Assembly (NCBI GenBank): GCA_035693225.1
Contig: DASSGV010000025.1
Span: 21,814 to 85,813 of the forward strand
Length of the DNA stretch: 64,000 nucleotides
From: Gemmatimonadales bacterium
Lineage (GTDB): Bacteria; Gemmatimonadota; Gemmatimonadetes; Gemmatimonadales; GWC2-71-9
Reading direction: 5' to 3'
Translations under genes and position numbers: made by a program
Notes under the pieces: generated by a model
What the model saw: the letters and a program-made list of their open reading frames with translations, nothing else
Told to the model about the DNA's origin: nothing
Databases searched by the model: none
Part shown: in pieces, positions 43,612-52,896 of the stretch
Layout: each line of letters starts with the position of its first letter
Position numbering within the stretch: the stretch's first letter is position 1

Positions 43612-44478
43612 TCAGAGGTTGAGTTGCAGGCCTTCCATTGCCGCGTCGACCCGGAGTGCCCGGGCCGACCGGGCCGCCACCTCCCGTGCGTCGTCGAGGA
43701 GGCGGTCGATCGCGGCATCGTCGTGATCCGGCTCGTGGTGGAAGAGCACCAACTGCCGGGCCCCACTCTCCACGGCCAACTCCACGGCCTGGCGGGGGGT
43801 CGAATGGCCCCAGCCCGCCCGGGCCTCGGCCAGTGTGTCGCTGTACATCCCGTCGTGCACCAGGAGATCCACGTCCCCGAGGAACCGGACCAGCTGCCGG
43901 CGCCAGTCCGCGGGCACATCATAAGATCCACCCGGACCCAGTTCGTTGTCTGTGACGTAGGCCATACTGGCACCCCCCTCGTGCGGCGTCAAGCGGTAGG
44001 CGAGGGTCATGCCGGGATGGCGGAGCCGGAAGGTGTCGACCCGGAATCCGTCCACCTCGAAGGGCCCGGGCGTGATCTCCGTCACCGTCAGTTCAGCGGC
44101 CAGGGCCCTGATCGGGATGGGGAAGACCGTCGCATCGGTCTGCCGGTCGATGATGGTCTCCAGGGCGACGTCTCCCTGGCGCGGACCGATGATGCGCACC
44201 GAATTGCCCTTCCGGTTGAGCGGGGCAAAGAACGGGAGTCCCTGGATATGGTCCCAGTGGGTATGGCTGAGCAGGATCGCCGCGGTCATCGCGCCGGGAT
44301 GGGCGTCGAGCAGGGAGCGGCCGAGGGGGCGGATCCCGCTGCCGGCATCGAGGATCACCAGGCGGTCGCCCCCCGCGGAGATCGCCACGCAGGGGGTGTT
44401 GCCCCCGAACCGTGCTGTCTTCGGGCCGGGGGTCGGGATGGACCCGCGGGTCCCCCAGAAGGTGGCGGCGTATTTCAC
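43612..44478 (-). CDS. MBL-fold metallo-hydrolase
   Basis: SHTHWDHIQG (HxHxDH) motif plus downstream His/Asp ligands. 288 aa. Confidence 0.8.
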   Translation of the reverse strand: MKYAATFWGTRGSIPTPGPKTARFGGNTPCVAISAGGDRLVILDAGSGIRPLGRSLLDAHPGAMTAAILLSHTHWDHIQGLPFFAPLNRKGNSVRIIGPRQGDVALETIIDRQTDATVFPIPIRALAAELTVTEITPGPFEVDGFRVDTFRLRHPGMTLAYRLTPHEGGASMAYVTDNELGPGGSYDVPADWRRQLVRFLGDVDLLVHDGMYSDTLAEARAGWGHSTPRQAVELAVESGARQLVLFHHEPDHDDAAIDRLLDDAREVAARSARALRVDAAMEGLQLNL

Positions 44479-44539
44479 TGGCGAAGCTCAAGCATGGAGA
44501 CAACTTCGCCACTGGTGTCAAGAACGCCCGTGACGGGCA

Positions 44540-45217
44540 TCACGACCGCCGGGCGGCCTGCTGGAGCGCCGCACGATCGGTGATGGTGATGTCCTTCCGG
44601 GTGACCTGGATGAACCCGCGTTCGACGAAATCCCGCATCGTGCGGGAAACCGTCTCACGGCTCGACCCGATCATCTGCGCCACCGTGTGGTGGGTGAGCT
44701 TGCGGGTGATGCGCGCGCCGCCCTCTGCATCCGCATGCTGCAGCAACAGCTCGGCCACCCGCCCGTTCACGTCGAGAAGGACCAAGCCGCCGATCTTTTC
44801 GTCGGCGCGCCGGAGCCGGCTGGACAGCTCCCGGAGCAGGGCGATCGCCACCTCGGGGGAGGAGCGCAGACGGGTCTGAAAGTCCTCCCGCCGCAACGCC
44901 AGGACGGAGGAATCCTCCATCGCGATCACGTGGGCGGAACGCGGCTCGTCATCGAGCAGCGCCAGCTCGCCGAAGAAGCTCCCCTGGCCCAGCACCGACA
45001 GGATCACTTCCCGTCCATCCTCGCCGATCAGGACCACCTTGACCTGACCCGCGCCGACGATGTAGAGCGCATCCCCGGGGTCGTCCTCGAAGAGGATGAC
45101 GCTCCCCTTGGGGTAGGCGCGCTCCCGCAGGAGCTCACCGAACGCGGCCAACTCACCCTCGGGAAGGGAATGAAAAAGGGGCACCTTCTGGAGCACAGCG
45201 GCGGACGCAAGCGGCAA
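44540..45217 (-). CDS. Crp/Fnr-family transcriptional regulator (cNMP-binding domain + HTH)
   Basis: FFGELALLD cNMP-binding core and C-terminal [15 protein letters not shown] start at 45217 or GTG a few codons in. Confidence 0.85.
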   Translation of the reverse strand: MPLASAAVLQKVPLFHSLPEGELAAFGELLRERAYPKGSVILFEDDPGDALYIVGAGQVKVVLIGEDGREVILSVLGQGSFFGELALLDDEPRSAHVIAMEDSSVLALRREDFQTRLRSSPEVAIALLRELSSRLRRADEKIGGLVLLDVNGRVAELLLQHADAEGGARITRKLTHHTVAQMIGSSRETVSRTMRDFVERGFIQVTRKDITITDRAALQQAARRS

Positions 45218-45384
45218 CCTGCACCTCAGGGGGTGGAAGTATCGGCCAGTAGGTTACTTGCGGCGTTTCAGCGTGTCAAACCGCCGGGGCCGGCGGGCGC
45301 CGGGCCCCGCAGACCTGGGGAAGAGGGTTCGGGCCGACGCCGGCCTGGTCGGGGCCATCTGGCCATCCCTTGCACCAAGGCCGG

Positions 45385-45414
45385 TTGCTTCCGCAAGCCC
45401 TAACCCGTTATTAT
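45385..45414 (+). promoter_or_regulatory. Sigma-70-type promoter candidate for the rpmE-prfA operon
   Basis: TTGCTT, an 18-nt spacer and TATTAT. The AT-rich hexamer sits in a GC-rich spacer about 75 nt before the rpmE ATG. Confidence 0.45.
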
Positions 45415-45488
45415 ACACGGTTCTACACCGCCTTCGGGCGCCGCGTTCCATCGGGGGATGCGGTCCGGGGCTTGCGAGGGAGCAGGGC

Positions 45489-45704
45489 ATGAAGCACAAC
45501 ATCCATCCGATGTATCGGGCCATCACCGTCACCTGTCACTGCGGGAACAAGTTCGAGACCCGCTCGACCGCGTCGGCGATCAGCGTGGAAGTCTGCGCGC
45601 AGTGCCATCCGTACTTCACCGGCAAGCAGCGCTTGGTCGACACCGCCGGCCGGGTCGACCGGTTCCGCCGCAAGTACCAGACGGCCGAAGCACCGCAGGC
45701 GTAA
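45489..45704 (+). CDS. rpmE: 50S ribosomal protein L31 (Zn-ribbon type)
   Basis: MKHNIHP start, with CHC...[10 protein letters not shown] cysteines. 71 aa. Confidence 0.9.
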   Translation: MKHNIHPMYRAITVTCHCGNKFETRSTASAISVEVCAQCHPYFTGKQRLVDTAGRVDRFRRKYQTAEAPQA

Positions 45705-45707
45705 TCC

Positions 45708-46766
45708 GTGGACGCCCGACTCCGCCAGGCGCTGGCCCGGGCGGAGGAGGTCGCCCTGCGACTGGCCGACCCCGCGACCGTCCGCGACGGAGCGGCGCTC
45801 CAGTCCCTCGGCCGGGAACAGAAGCGGTTGCTGCCGGTGGTCGAGCTGGCGGCCCGCCTCACGCGATCGCGCGAAGAGCTGGAACAAGCTCGGGAGTTGG
45901 CCCAGGAGGCCGACCCCGAGCTCGTTGCATTGGCCAAGGCGGACATCACGCGACTGGCGCCCCTGGTGAGCGCCCAGGAAGCCCGTCTCGACGACCTCCT
46001 GCTCCCGCGCGACCCCCTCGATGACCGCGACGCGATCCTCGAGATCCGCGCCGGCACCGGCGGGGACGAGGCGGCGCTCTTCGCGGCGGACCTCGAGCGG
46101 ATGTACCGCCGTTTTGCGGAGCGGAAAGCACTCAAGCTCGAAGCGATCAGCGTGAGCCCAAGCGAACTTGGGGGCTACAAGGAGGTCATCTTCGCGGTGC
46201 GGGGTGACGACGCCTTCGGACTCTTCCGCCGCGAGGCGGGGGTCCACCGGGTGCAGCGGGTCCCGGCCACCGAGACGCAGGGGAGGATCCACACCTCCGC
46301 CGCCACCGTGGCGGTGCTGCCGGAGGCCGAGGAGGTGGACGTCACCATCAATCCGAACGACCTCAGGATCGACGTGTTCCGGTCGTCAGGGCCGGGGGGC
46401 CAGAGCGTCAACACCACCGACAGCGCGGTGCGGATCACCCACATCCCTTCCGGCGTCGTGGTATCGCAGCAGGACCAGAAGTCGCAGCTGCAGAACAAGG
46501 TGAAGGCGATGGAGGTGCTGCGGGCCCGGCTCCTGGACCGGATGATCGCCGAGCAGGAATCGGCCCGGGCCCGCGACCGGCGGGCGATGGTGGGCACCGG
46601 CGACCGCTCCGCCAAGATCCGCACCTACAACTTCCCGCAGAGCCGGGTGACGGACCACCGGATCAACCTGTCGGTACACAACCTGGCCGAGGTGCTCGAC
46701 GGCCACATCGATGAACTGGTCGATGCACTCCGCGCGGCCAGCAGGGAGGAGGCGGCCGATGCCTGA
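45708..46766 (+). CDS. prfA: Peptide chain release factor 1
   Basis: GGQ motif ([12 protein letters not shown]), 352 aa, followed by prmC. Confidence 0.95.
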   Translation: MDARLRQALARAEEVALRLADPATVRDGAALQSLGREQKRLLPVVELAARLTRSREELEQARELAQEADPELVALAKADITRLAPLVSAQEARLDDLLLPRDPLDDRDAILEIRAGTGGDEAALFAADLERMYRRFAERKALKLEAISVSPSELGGYKEVIFAVRGDDAFGLFRREAGVHRVQRVPATETQGRIHTSAATVAVLPEAEEVDVTINPNDLRIDVFRSSGPGGQSVNTTDSAVRITHIPSGVVVSQQDQKSQLQNKVKAMEVLRARLLDRMIAEQESARARDRRAMVGTGDRSAKIRTYNFPQSRVTDHRINLSVHNLAEVLDGHIDELVDALRAASREEAADA

Positions 46767-47610
46767 GGCGGTGCTCACCCTCGAGGCGCTGCTGGCGCCC
46801 GCGCGGATCGAGCTTGCCGCCGCCGGCGTGGACGATGCCGCGGGGGAGGCACTCCGCCTCTGGAGCGGGCTGTGGCGAGTGACGGCACCCGAGGCCTATC
46901 TTGCACGGCGGGAGGCGGTGACGCACGAGGCGGCCAGCCGGTTCGAGGACGCGGTGGCGCGCCGCGTGGCGGGGGAGCCGCTCGCCTACGTCGTCGGGTG
47001 GACCGGGTTCCGGCGGCTGGAGGTGGCCACCGATCGGCGGGCCCTGATCCCGCGTCCGGAGACCGAAGGCGTGGTCGACCTGCTCCTCCGGCGACAGGCC
47101 ACCGGGGTGGTCGCGGACATCGGCACGGGATCGGGGTGCCTGGCGCTGGCGCTGGCCGACGAAGGTGAGTTCGCGACGGTCCACGCGGTCGACAGTTCGG
47201 CGGAGGCACTGGCACTTGCGGCCTCGAACGCGGAGGCGCTGCGGCTCCCGATCCACTTCCACCAAGGCGACCTCGTGGCGCCGCTTGCGGGGCTTGGGAT
47301 CGACGCGATGGTCTCGAATCCGCCCTACCTGACCGACAGCGAGTACGTGGCGCTCGATCCGTCGGTGAAGGCGTGGGAGCCCGCTGGCGCCCTGGCGAGC
47401 GGGATCGACGGCTTGGCGCACACCCGCCGATTGCTGGACGAGGCGCGGGCGGTGGTGCGTCCCGGCGGATGGCTCGTGATGGAGATCGACAGTCAGCGCA
47501 GCGCGGCGAGCGCGGCCTCCGCCCGGCACTTCGGCTGGGCGGCGGTGGAGGTGCATCAGGACCTTTTCGGCCGCGACCGGTACCTGACCGCGCGGCGGAG
47601 CGAGGCATAA
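46759..47610 (+). CDS. prmC: Release-factor glutamine methyltransferase PrmC/HemK
   Basis: SAM motif DIGTGSG and NPPY motif. ATG 46759 overlaps the prfA end by 8 nt. Confidence 0.85.
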   Translation: MPEAVLTLEALLAPARIELAAAGVDDAAGEALRLWSGLWRVTAPEAYLARREAVTHEAASRFEDAVARRVAGEPLAYVVGWTGFRRLEVATDRRALIPRPETEGVVDLLLRRQATGVVADIGTGSGCLALALADEGEFATVHAVDSSAEALALAASNAEALRLPIHFHQGDLVAPLAGLGIDAMVSNPPYLTDSEYVALDPSVKAWEPAGALASGIDGLAHTRRLLDEARAVVRPGGWLVMEIDSQRSAASAASARHFGWAAVEVHQDLFGRDRYLTARRSEA

Positions 47611-47964
47611 GTGATCTGGGACAAGGCGGAAGAGCTCGGCCGGCTCATCGGGCAGGCCAACGAGACCAAGGCGCTGCGGCGGGCGGAGACGGACCTCCGT
47701 GCGGATGAAGAGACCCGCACCCGGCTGGAAAAGATCCAGACCCTGGCCCGGGACGTGGATGCGCAGGTGGCCGAAGGGAAGATGCCCGATCCGACCGTGG
47801 TCGAGGCGTATGAGACCGCCGTGCGCGACCTCGAGACCAGCGGCATCGGGCAATCCTACGTGGTGGCGCGCTCGAACTTCGAGAAGCTGATGGCCAAGGT
47901 CAACGAGCGCATCAGCGACGGCATCGAGAAGGGCGCCGCCAGCAGCATCATCACGCTGGGATGA
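47611..47964 (+). CDS. Small helical protein, YlbF/YmcA-like (tentative)
   Basis: 117 aa, predicted all-helical with a pattern resembling the YlbF family. GTG lies directly after the prmC stop and there is an ATGA overlap with tmk. Confidence 0.5.
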   Translation: MIWDKAEELGRLIGQANETKALRRAETDLRADEETRTRLEKIQTLARDVDAQVAEGKMPDPTVVEAYETAVRDLETSGIGQSYVVARSNFEKLMAKVNERISDGIEKGAASSIITLG

Positions 47965-48575
47965 CCGGCTTCTTCCTGGTGGTCGAGGGGCCCGAGGGCG
48001 CCGGCAAGAGCACGCTGGCCGGCGCCCTCGACACACGCCTCCGCGCCGCCGGGCACGTCGTGACGCTGGTGCGCGAGCCGGGGGGGACGCCGCTGGCCGA
48101 GGCCGCGCGGGCGCTGGCGCTCGATCCCGGGTCCCGCACCGGGGCCGGCGCGGAACTCTTCCTGATGCTCGCCGCGCGGGCCGACCTCGTCGACAAGGTG
48201 ATCAGGCCGCAATTGGCATCGGGTGCGGTGGTCGTGGCGGACCGATTCGACCTGTCGACGGCGGCATACCAGGTGGCGGGGCGGGGCCTGGCCGCGGACG
48301 CCGTGGCCGCCGCCAACGGTGTCGCGACGGGGGGGCTGCGCCCCGACTTGACCTTGGTGCTCGACATTCCCGATGGCGTCGGCGCCGCACGGCAGGCCGC
48401 CGGCGGAAAGCGTCCCGACCGGATGGAGCAGGAACAGGCCGCCTTCCATCAACGGGTCATTGCCGCCTACCGCGCCGCGACCGGACCCCACCTCGTCCAT
48501 CTCGACGCCTCGCGGAGTCCGGCCGATGTGGCCGCCGCCGCGTGGGCGGAGATCCAGAAGCGGCTCGGCCGCTAG
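47961..48575 (+). CDS. tmk: dTMP kinase
   Basis: P-loop EGPEGAGKST, REPGGT motif and DRF motif. Confidence 0.9.
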   Translation: MTGFFLVVEGPEGAGKSTLAGALDTRLRAAGHVVTLVREPGGTPLAEAARALALDPGSRTGAGAELFLMLAARADLVDKVIRPQLASGAVVVADRFDLSTAAYQVAGRGLAADAVAAANGVATGGLRPDLTLVLDIPDGVGAARQAAGGKRPDRMEQEQAAFHQRVIAAYRAATGPHLVHLDASRSPADVAAAAWAEIQKRLGR

Positions 48576-48621
48576 CAGCCCGCCGGCGGTGCGTGGTGCA
48601 CCGCCGATCCAAGGAGGTCGT

Positions 48622-50220
48622 GTGAGACCGCGCTGGCCCGTCCTGATCATTGTCGCCGTCGCATCGTTCCTCTGCGGCGGATGGTTGCTGCAACGCGGCG
48701 CCGTTGCCGATGGCGGCGCCTATCGCGAGGCGCAGCTGTTCGACGATGTCGTGTCCCGCGTGGGGCAGGCGTACGTCGACCCGGTCCCCGACAGCGTCCT
48801 GTACCTCAAGGCCGCCGACGGTCTCCTCGAGGAACTCCACGACCCGTATACCGTGCTCCTGCGGGGCCAGGATTTCACGGACCTCCAGGAAGAGACCTCC
48901 GGCAACTACGCCGGCCTCGGCATCCGCATCGACGTCCGCAACGGCTGGATCACGGTGGTGGCGCCGTTGCCCGATTCCCCGGCGGAACGGGCGGGGATCG
49001 AGACCGGAGACCAGCTGGTGAGCGTCGACGGCCGTTCGGCCGAGTCGTGGCAGGCCGATGCGGCGGTGCGCCGGCTCCGCGGGCCGGCCGGCAGCAAGGT
49101 CACGATCGGCATTCGGCGGGGCGGGGACGCGGGCGTGCAGCTTTATACGCTCACCCGGGACGAGATCCACGTGCGGTCGGTGCCGCCCGGCACGATGTTC
49201 GGCGATGGCACCGGCTACCTGAGCCTGAATCCGGTGAGCGATTCATCGGCCAGCGAACTTTCCACGGAGATCACCGACCTCAAGGCCAAGGGGATGCGGT
49301 CGCTCATCCTCGACCTGCGGAACAATCCCGGAGGCCTCCTCGATCAGGGCATCAAGGTCGCCGACCTCTTCCTCGACCAGGGCCAGGAGATCGTGAGCAC
49401 GCGGGGCCGGATCCCCACCGCCTCCCGCACATTCGTGGACCAGGCGCCGCAGCAGTGGCCCGGCCTTCCGGTGGTGGTGCTGGTGAACGACGGCACCGCC
49501 AGCGCCGCCGAGATCATCGCGGGTGCGCTCCAGGACCACGATCGGGCGCTCATCATCGGCACGCCGACGTTCGGCAAGGGGTTGGTGCAGTCGCTCTTTC
49601 CCGTCGATGCCCACACGGCGCTCAAGATCACGACCGCGCGTTGGTACACGCCCAGCGGTCGGCTCATCCAGCGCAAGGCGAAGGACCAGGAGGATCAGGC
49701 GCGGATCGCGGCCGACCTGGCGATCGGACGTCCCGACTCCGCCGTGGCGGACACGGCCGCACCCATCGCGCACACGGACGCCGGCCGCGCGGTGCGGGGT
49801 GGCGGAGGGATCGTGCCCGACCTGATCGTGCACGAGGACTCCGCGTCCGCCGGCGAGCAGGCGCTCGTCCGGGCGCTCGGTACGCGCCTGGGCGATTTCC
49901 GCGACGCCGTGACCGCCACGGCACTCCGGCTCCGCGACGCCAAGGCCGTCACCAACGAGCACTTCACGGTCACCCCGGCGATGCGATCGGAGGTGCTGGG
50001 CCGGCTGCGGAAGAGCGGCGTCCCGATGAACGATGCGGTATGGGCCCGCGGGTCGACGCTGGTCGACCGGTGGATCGGGGGGGACGTGGCGCGGTACGTC
50101 TTCGGGCGGAGCGCCGAGTTGCGTCGCCGCGCGGCGGAGGATCCGCAGATCCAGCAGGCCCTCAAGGTGCTCCGGGAGGTCAAGGCGCCCAAGGACCTCT
50201 TCGCCGCCCGGTCGCGCTGA
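48622..50220 (+). CDS. S41-family carboxyl-terminal processing peptidase (PDZ + peptidase)
   Basis: PDZ segment GIETGDQLVSVDG, catalytic GTASAAEI and TFGKG motifs. GTG 48622 lies 5 nt after AAGGAGG. The track ORFs start far upstream. Confidence 0.9.
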   Translation: MRPRWPVLIIVAVASFLCGGWLLQRGAVADGGAYREAQLFDDVVSRVGQAYVDPVPDSVLYLKAADGLLEELHDPYTVLLRGQDFTDLQEETSGNYAGLGIRIDVRNGWITVVAPLPDSPAERAGIETGDQLVSVDGRSAESWQADAAVRRLRGPAGSKVTIGIRRGGDAGVQLYTLTRDEIHVRSVPPGTMFGDGTGYLSLNPVSDSSASELSTEITDLKAKGMRSLILDLRNNPGGLLDQGIKVADLFLDQGQEIVSTRGRIPTASRTFVDQAPQQWPGLPVVVLVNDGTASAAEIIAGALQDHDRALIIGTPTFGKGLVQSLFPVDAHTALKITTARWYTPSGRLIQRKAKDQEDQARIAADLAIGRPDSAVADTAAPIAHTDAGRAVRGGGGIVPDLIVHEDSASAGEQALVRALGTRLGDFRDAVTATALRLRDAKAVTNEHFTVTPAMRSEVLGRLRKSGVPMNDAVWARGSTLVDRWIGGDVARYVFGRSAELRRRAAEDPQIQQALKVLREVKAPKDLFAARSR

Positions 50221-50225
50221 CGTCG

Positions 50226-51065
50226 ATGGCGGCGCAGGCGGTGGCGGTGCTCGGCGCGGGCCGGATGGGCCAGGCGCTCGCGCTCGCGCTGCGGGAGGCA
50301 GGATGGCGGCCGACCCTCTTCGCGCGCGATCCCGGCAAGGTGTCTCCCTTGCCGGTCGAAGTCTCCGCTGACCTCGCCAAGGTGGTCGCGGGCGCTGCGG
50401 TGATCCTCCTGGCGGTACCCGACGATGCCATCACATCGGTCGCGGCGGCACTGCGTGCCGCTGCGCCGCCGATGGATGCGGTCGTCCTGCACCTCTCCGG
50501 TGCGCGCGACCGATCGGCGCTCGCGCCACTCGAAGGTCGGGCCGCCGGGCTCGGGTCATTCTGGCCGATCCAGACGGTCACCGGATCACCCGGGGTGGCC
50601 GGGCGCTTTGCAGGGTCGTTCGTCGGATTGGAGGGGGACGCGGTGGCGCTCGCGGCCGGGGAAGGCCTCGCGGCGGCTCTGGGAATGGCGCCAGTACGGA
50701 TACCGTCCGCCGGGAAGGCGCTGGCCCACGCCGGCGCCGTCATCGCCGGCAACTACCTCGTGACGCTCCTGTCGGTGGCCGAGGGGTTGGCCCGTGCGTC
50801 GGGTGTCGACCCCTCGGTGGCGGGCAGGATCTATCTGCCGCTGGCGCGCACCACCCTGGAGAACGTGGGGGCGGATGCCATCGACGCGCTCACCGGCCCG
50901 ATCGCGCGGGGGGACGTCGGGACGGTACGGCTCCACCTGGCGTCGCTCCGCGGGTCGGCGCGGGAGACGTACGTGGTGCTCGCACTGGCGACGCTGGAGC
51001 TGGCGGAGCAGCGGGGATTGTCGAAGGAGCGGACCGCAGCCCTGCGGCAGGCATTGGCGGGATAG
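50226..51065 (+). CDS. Rossmann-fold / DUF2520-like protein
   Basis: VAVLGAGRMGQALA dinucleotide-binding start and a C-terminal helical domain. Taken from the tail of track ORF 48681..51065. Confidence 0.6.
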   Translation: MAAQAVAVLGAGRMGQALALALREAGWRPTLFARDPGKVSPLPVEVSADLAKVVAGAAVILLAVPDDAITSVAAALRAAAPPMDAVVLHLSGARDRSALAPLEGRAAGLGSFWPIQTVTGSPGVAGRFAGSFVGLEGDAVALAAGEGLAAALGMAPVRIPSAGKALAHAGAVIAGNYLVTLLSVAEGLARASGVDPSVAGRIYLPLARTTLENVGADAIDALTGPIARGDVGTVRLHLASLRGSARETYVVLALATLELAEQRGLSKERTAALRQALAG

Positions 51066-51078
51066 CGGCCGACCCGAT

Positions 51079-51738
51079 TCAGTCCTGATCGACGATGCGG
51101 ACGCCGGCGGGCGGAGTGAATCGGAACACGTCCGACGCGACCTTCGGATCGGCCCGCACCTTGTCGAGCGACAGCGTCCGGCGCGAGCCCGATCGCTCGA
51201 TGATCTCCAGGCGGCGCGGCAGGGCGTCCCGCCGGTCGAGCCAGAGGGTGGCCTCGGTGAAGGGCATGCCGGGATCCCGGGGGCTCAGCGCGATGACGTC
51301 CGCCACGCGGCCGGCCAGCGTGTCGGCCCGGACGTATTTCACCTCGTAGCGCTGGGCGGGCCGGTCCAGGAGCCACCCCACCACATTGGGCCCGAAGCCA
51401 TCGCCGCCGGTGATGGCCACCTTGAGCACCTGTCCCGGCGTGGTGCTCGGTGTGTAGACCCAGATCCACTTCCCGTCCATCACGATCGCATCGCCGTCGG
51501 GGTCGGTGAAGCGCATCGCCAGCTTGTTGGTGCCCGCCTGGGTCAGGCGGCCCTTGCTGGTGAAGGTGCCGATCATCGGGTCGGCGATGACCTGCACGAA
51601 ATCGGCCTGGAAGGCGGAGAGGGCGCCGTAGGCGGCCGCGGCGCGCTGGACCACGGCGATGCCATCCTGGGCGGCCACGGGCGCGACCGGGGCAAGGAGC
51701 GAGAGGGCGGCGAGAACGGCCGCCCGAGGGATGGTCAC
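51079..51738 (-). CDS. LolA-like outer-membrane lipoprotein carrier family protein
   Basis: Signal peptide, FQADFVQ and GKWIWVY motifs. GTGA overlap with the DAHP synthase stop. Confidence 0.6.
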   Translation of the reverse strand: MTIPRAAVLAALSLLAPVAPVAAQDGIAVVQRAAAAYGALSAFQADFVQVIADPMIGTFTSKGRLTQAGTNKLAMRFTDPDGDAIVMDGKWIWVYTPSTTPGQVLKVAITGGDGFGPNVVGWLLDRPAQRYEVKYVRADTLAGRVADVIALSPRDPGMPFTEATLWLDRRDALPRRLEIIERSGSRRTLSLDKVRADPKVASDVFRFTPPAGVRIVDQD

Positions 51739-52775
51739 GCGCCGAGTCCGGCGGGTTCCGCCACCCGGCGCCCGATCGCTTCGGCGATCTGGCGCACCTC
51801 GCGCATCATCCGGTCGAACTGTTCGGGGTAGAGGCTCTGGGCGCCGTCGGAGAGCGCCCGGTCAGGAGCCGGATGGACTTCGACGATGAGGCCGTCGGCG
51901 CCGGCGGCCACGGCGGCTCGGGCCATCGGGGACACGAACTCGCGGTGTCCGGTCCCGTGACTCGGGTCGGCGATGATCGGGAGGTGCGAGAGCGACTTGA
52001 CCACCGGGATGGCCGAAAGGTCGAAGAGGTTCCGGGTCTGGCTGTCGAAACTGCGTATCCCCCGTTCGCACAGGATGACGTCGGGGTTCCCCTCCGCCAG
52101 GATGTACTCGGCCGAGAGCAGCAGCTCCTGGATGGTGGCGGAGAGGCCGCGCTTGAGCAGGACCGGCTTCCGGAGCCGGCCCACCCGCTTGAGCAGGGAG
52201 TAGTTCTGCATGTTCCGGGCGCCGACCTGGATGATGTCGGCCATCTCGGCCACGAGCTCGGCGCCTTCGGGATCCATCGCCTCGGTCACGATCAGGAGGC
52301 CGGTCTCTTCCCGCGCCTTCTTCAGCAGCGCGAGTCCGGGCCGGCCGAGGCCCTGGAAGGAGTACGGCGAACTCCGCGGCTTGAAGGCGCCGGCCCGCAG
52401 GATCGTGGCGCCGGCATCCCGGACCGCGTGGGCCGCGCTGATGATCTGGGCCTCGGTCTCGACGGAGCAGGGCCCCGCCATCACCACGACCTCGTCCCCG
52501 CCGACGACGACCCCGCCGGGGAGGCGGATCTGGGTGGACTCGGGTTTCCACTCGCGGGAGACCTGCTTGTACGGCTGGGTGACGTGGATGATCTCGGCGA
52601 CACCGGGGAGTGCCTCCAGGCGCGAGCTGTCCACCCGGCCGTCGTTCCCCACGAGGCCGACAGTGGTCCGCTGCTTCCCCGGCATCGGGCGCGCCTGATA
52701 GCCCAGCTCTTCGATGGTGGCGACGACCCGCTGGATCTCTTCCTGGGCGGCATCATGCCGCATCACAACGAGCAT
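51735..52775 (-). CDS. aroF: 3-deoxy-7-phosphoheptulonate (DAHP) synthase, type I-beta with an N-terminal regulatory domain
   Basis: [13 protein letters not shown] and DPSHGTG motifs. Start trimmed to ATG 52775 (MLVVMRHD) because the track ORF extends into a repeat. Confidence 0.9.
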   Translation of the reverse strand: MLVVMRHDAAQEEIQRVVATIEELGYQARPMPGKQRTTVGLVGNDGRVDSSRLEALPGVAEIIHVTQPYKQVSREWKPESTQIRLPGGVVVGGDEVVVMAGPCSVETEAQIISAAHAVRDAGATILRAGAFKPRSSPYSFQGLGRPGLALLKKAREETGLLIVTEAMDPEGAELVAEMADIIQVGARNMQNYSLLKRVGRLRKPVLLKRGLSATIQELLLSAEYILAEGNPDVILCERGIRSFDSQTRNLFDLSAIPVVKSLSHLPIIADPSHGTGHREFVSPMARAAVAAGADGLIVEVHPAPDRALSDGAQSLYPEQFDRMMREVRQIAEAIGRRVAEPAGLGA

Positions 52776-52802
52776 CAGTGCCTCGAACGATGGACGAATA
52801 TC

Positions 52803-52896
52803 ACCGGTAAACGGTAAACGGTACACGGTGAACGAGCCACTCCTGGGCTTTCCTGGCCCTGTTCACCGTTCACTGTTCACAGTTCACCATCTTCAC
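52803..52896. repeat. Intergenic imperfect palindrome of inverted 7-bp unit arrays (second copy of the GGTGAAC element family)
   Basis: Left arm is GGTAAAC GGTAAAC GGTACAC GGTGAAC. A ~26-nt centre follows. Right arm is GTTCACC GTTCACT GTTCACA GTTCACC atCTTCAC. The last unit contains the smc TGA stop (52893-52895). Confidence 0.85.
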
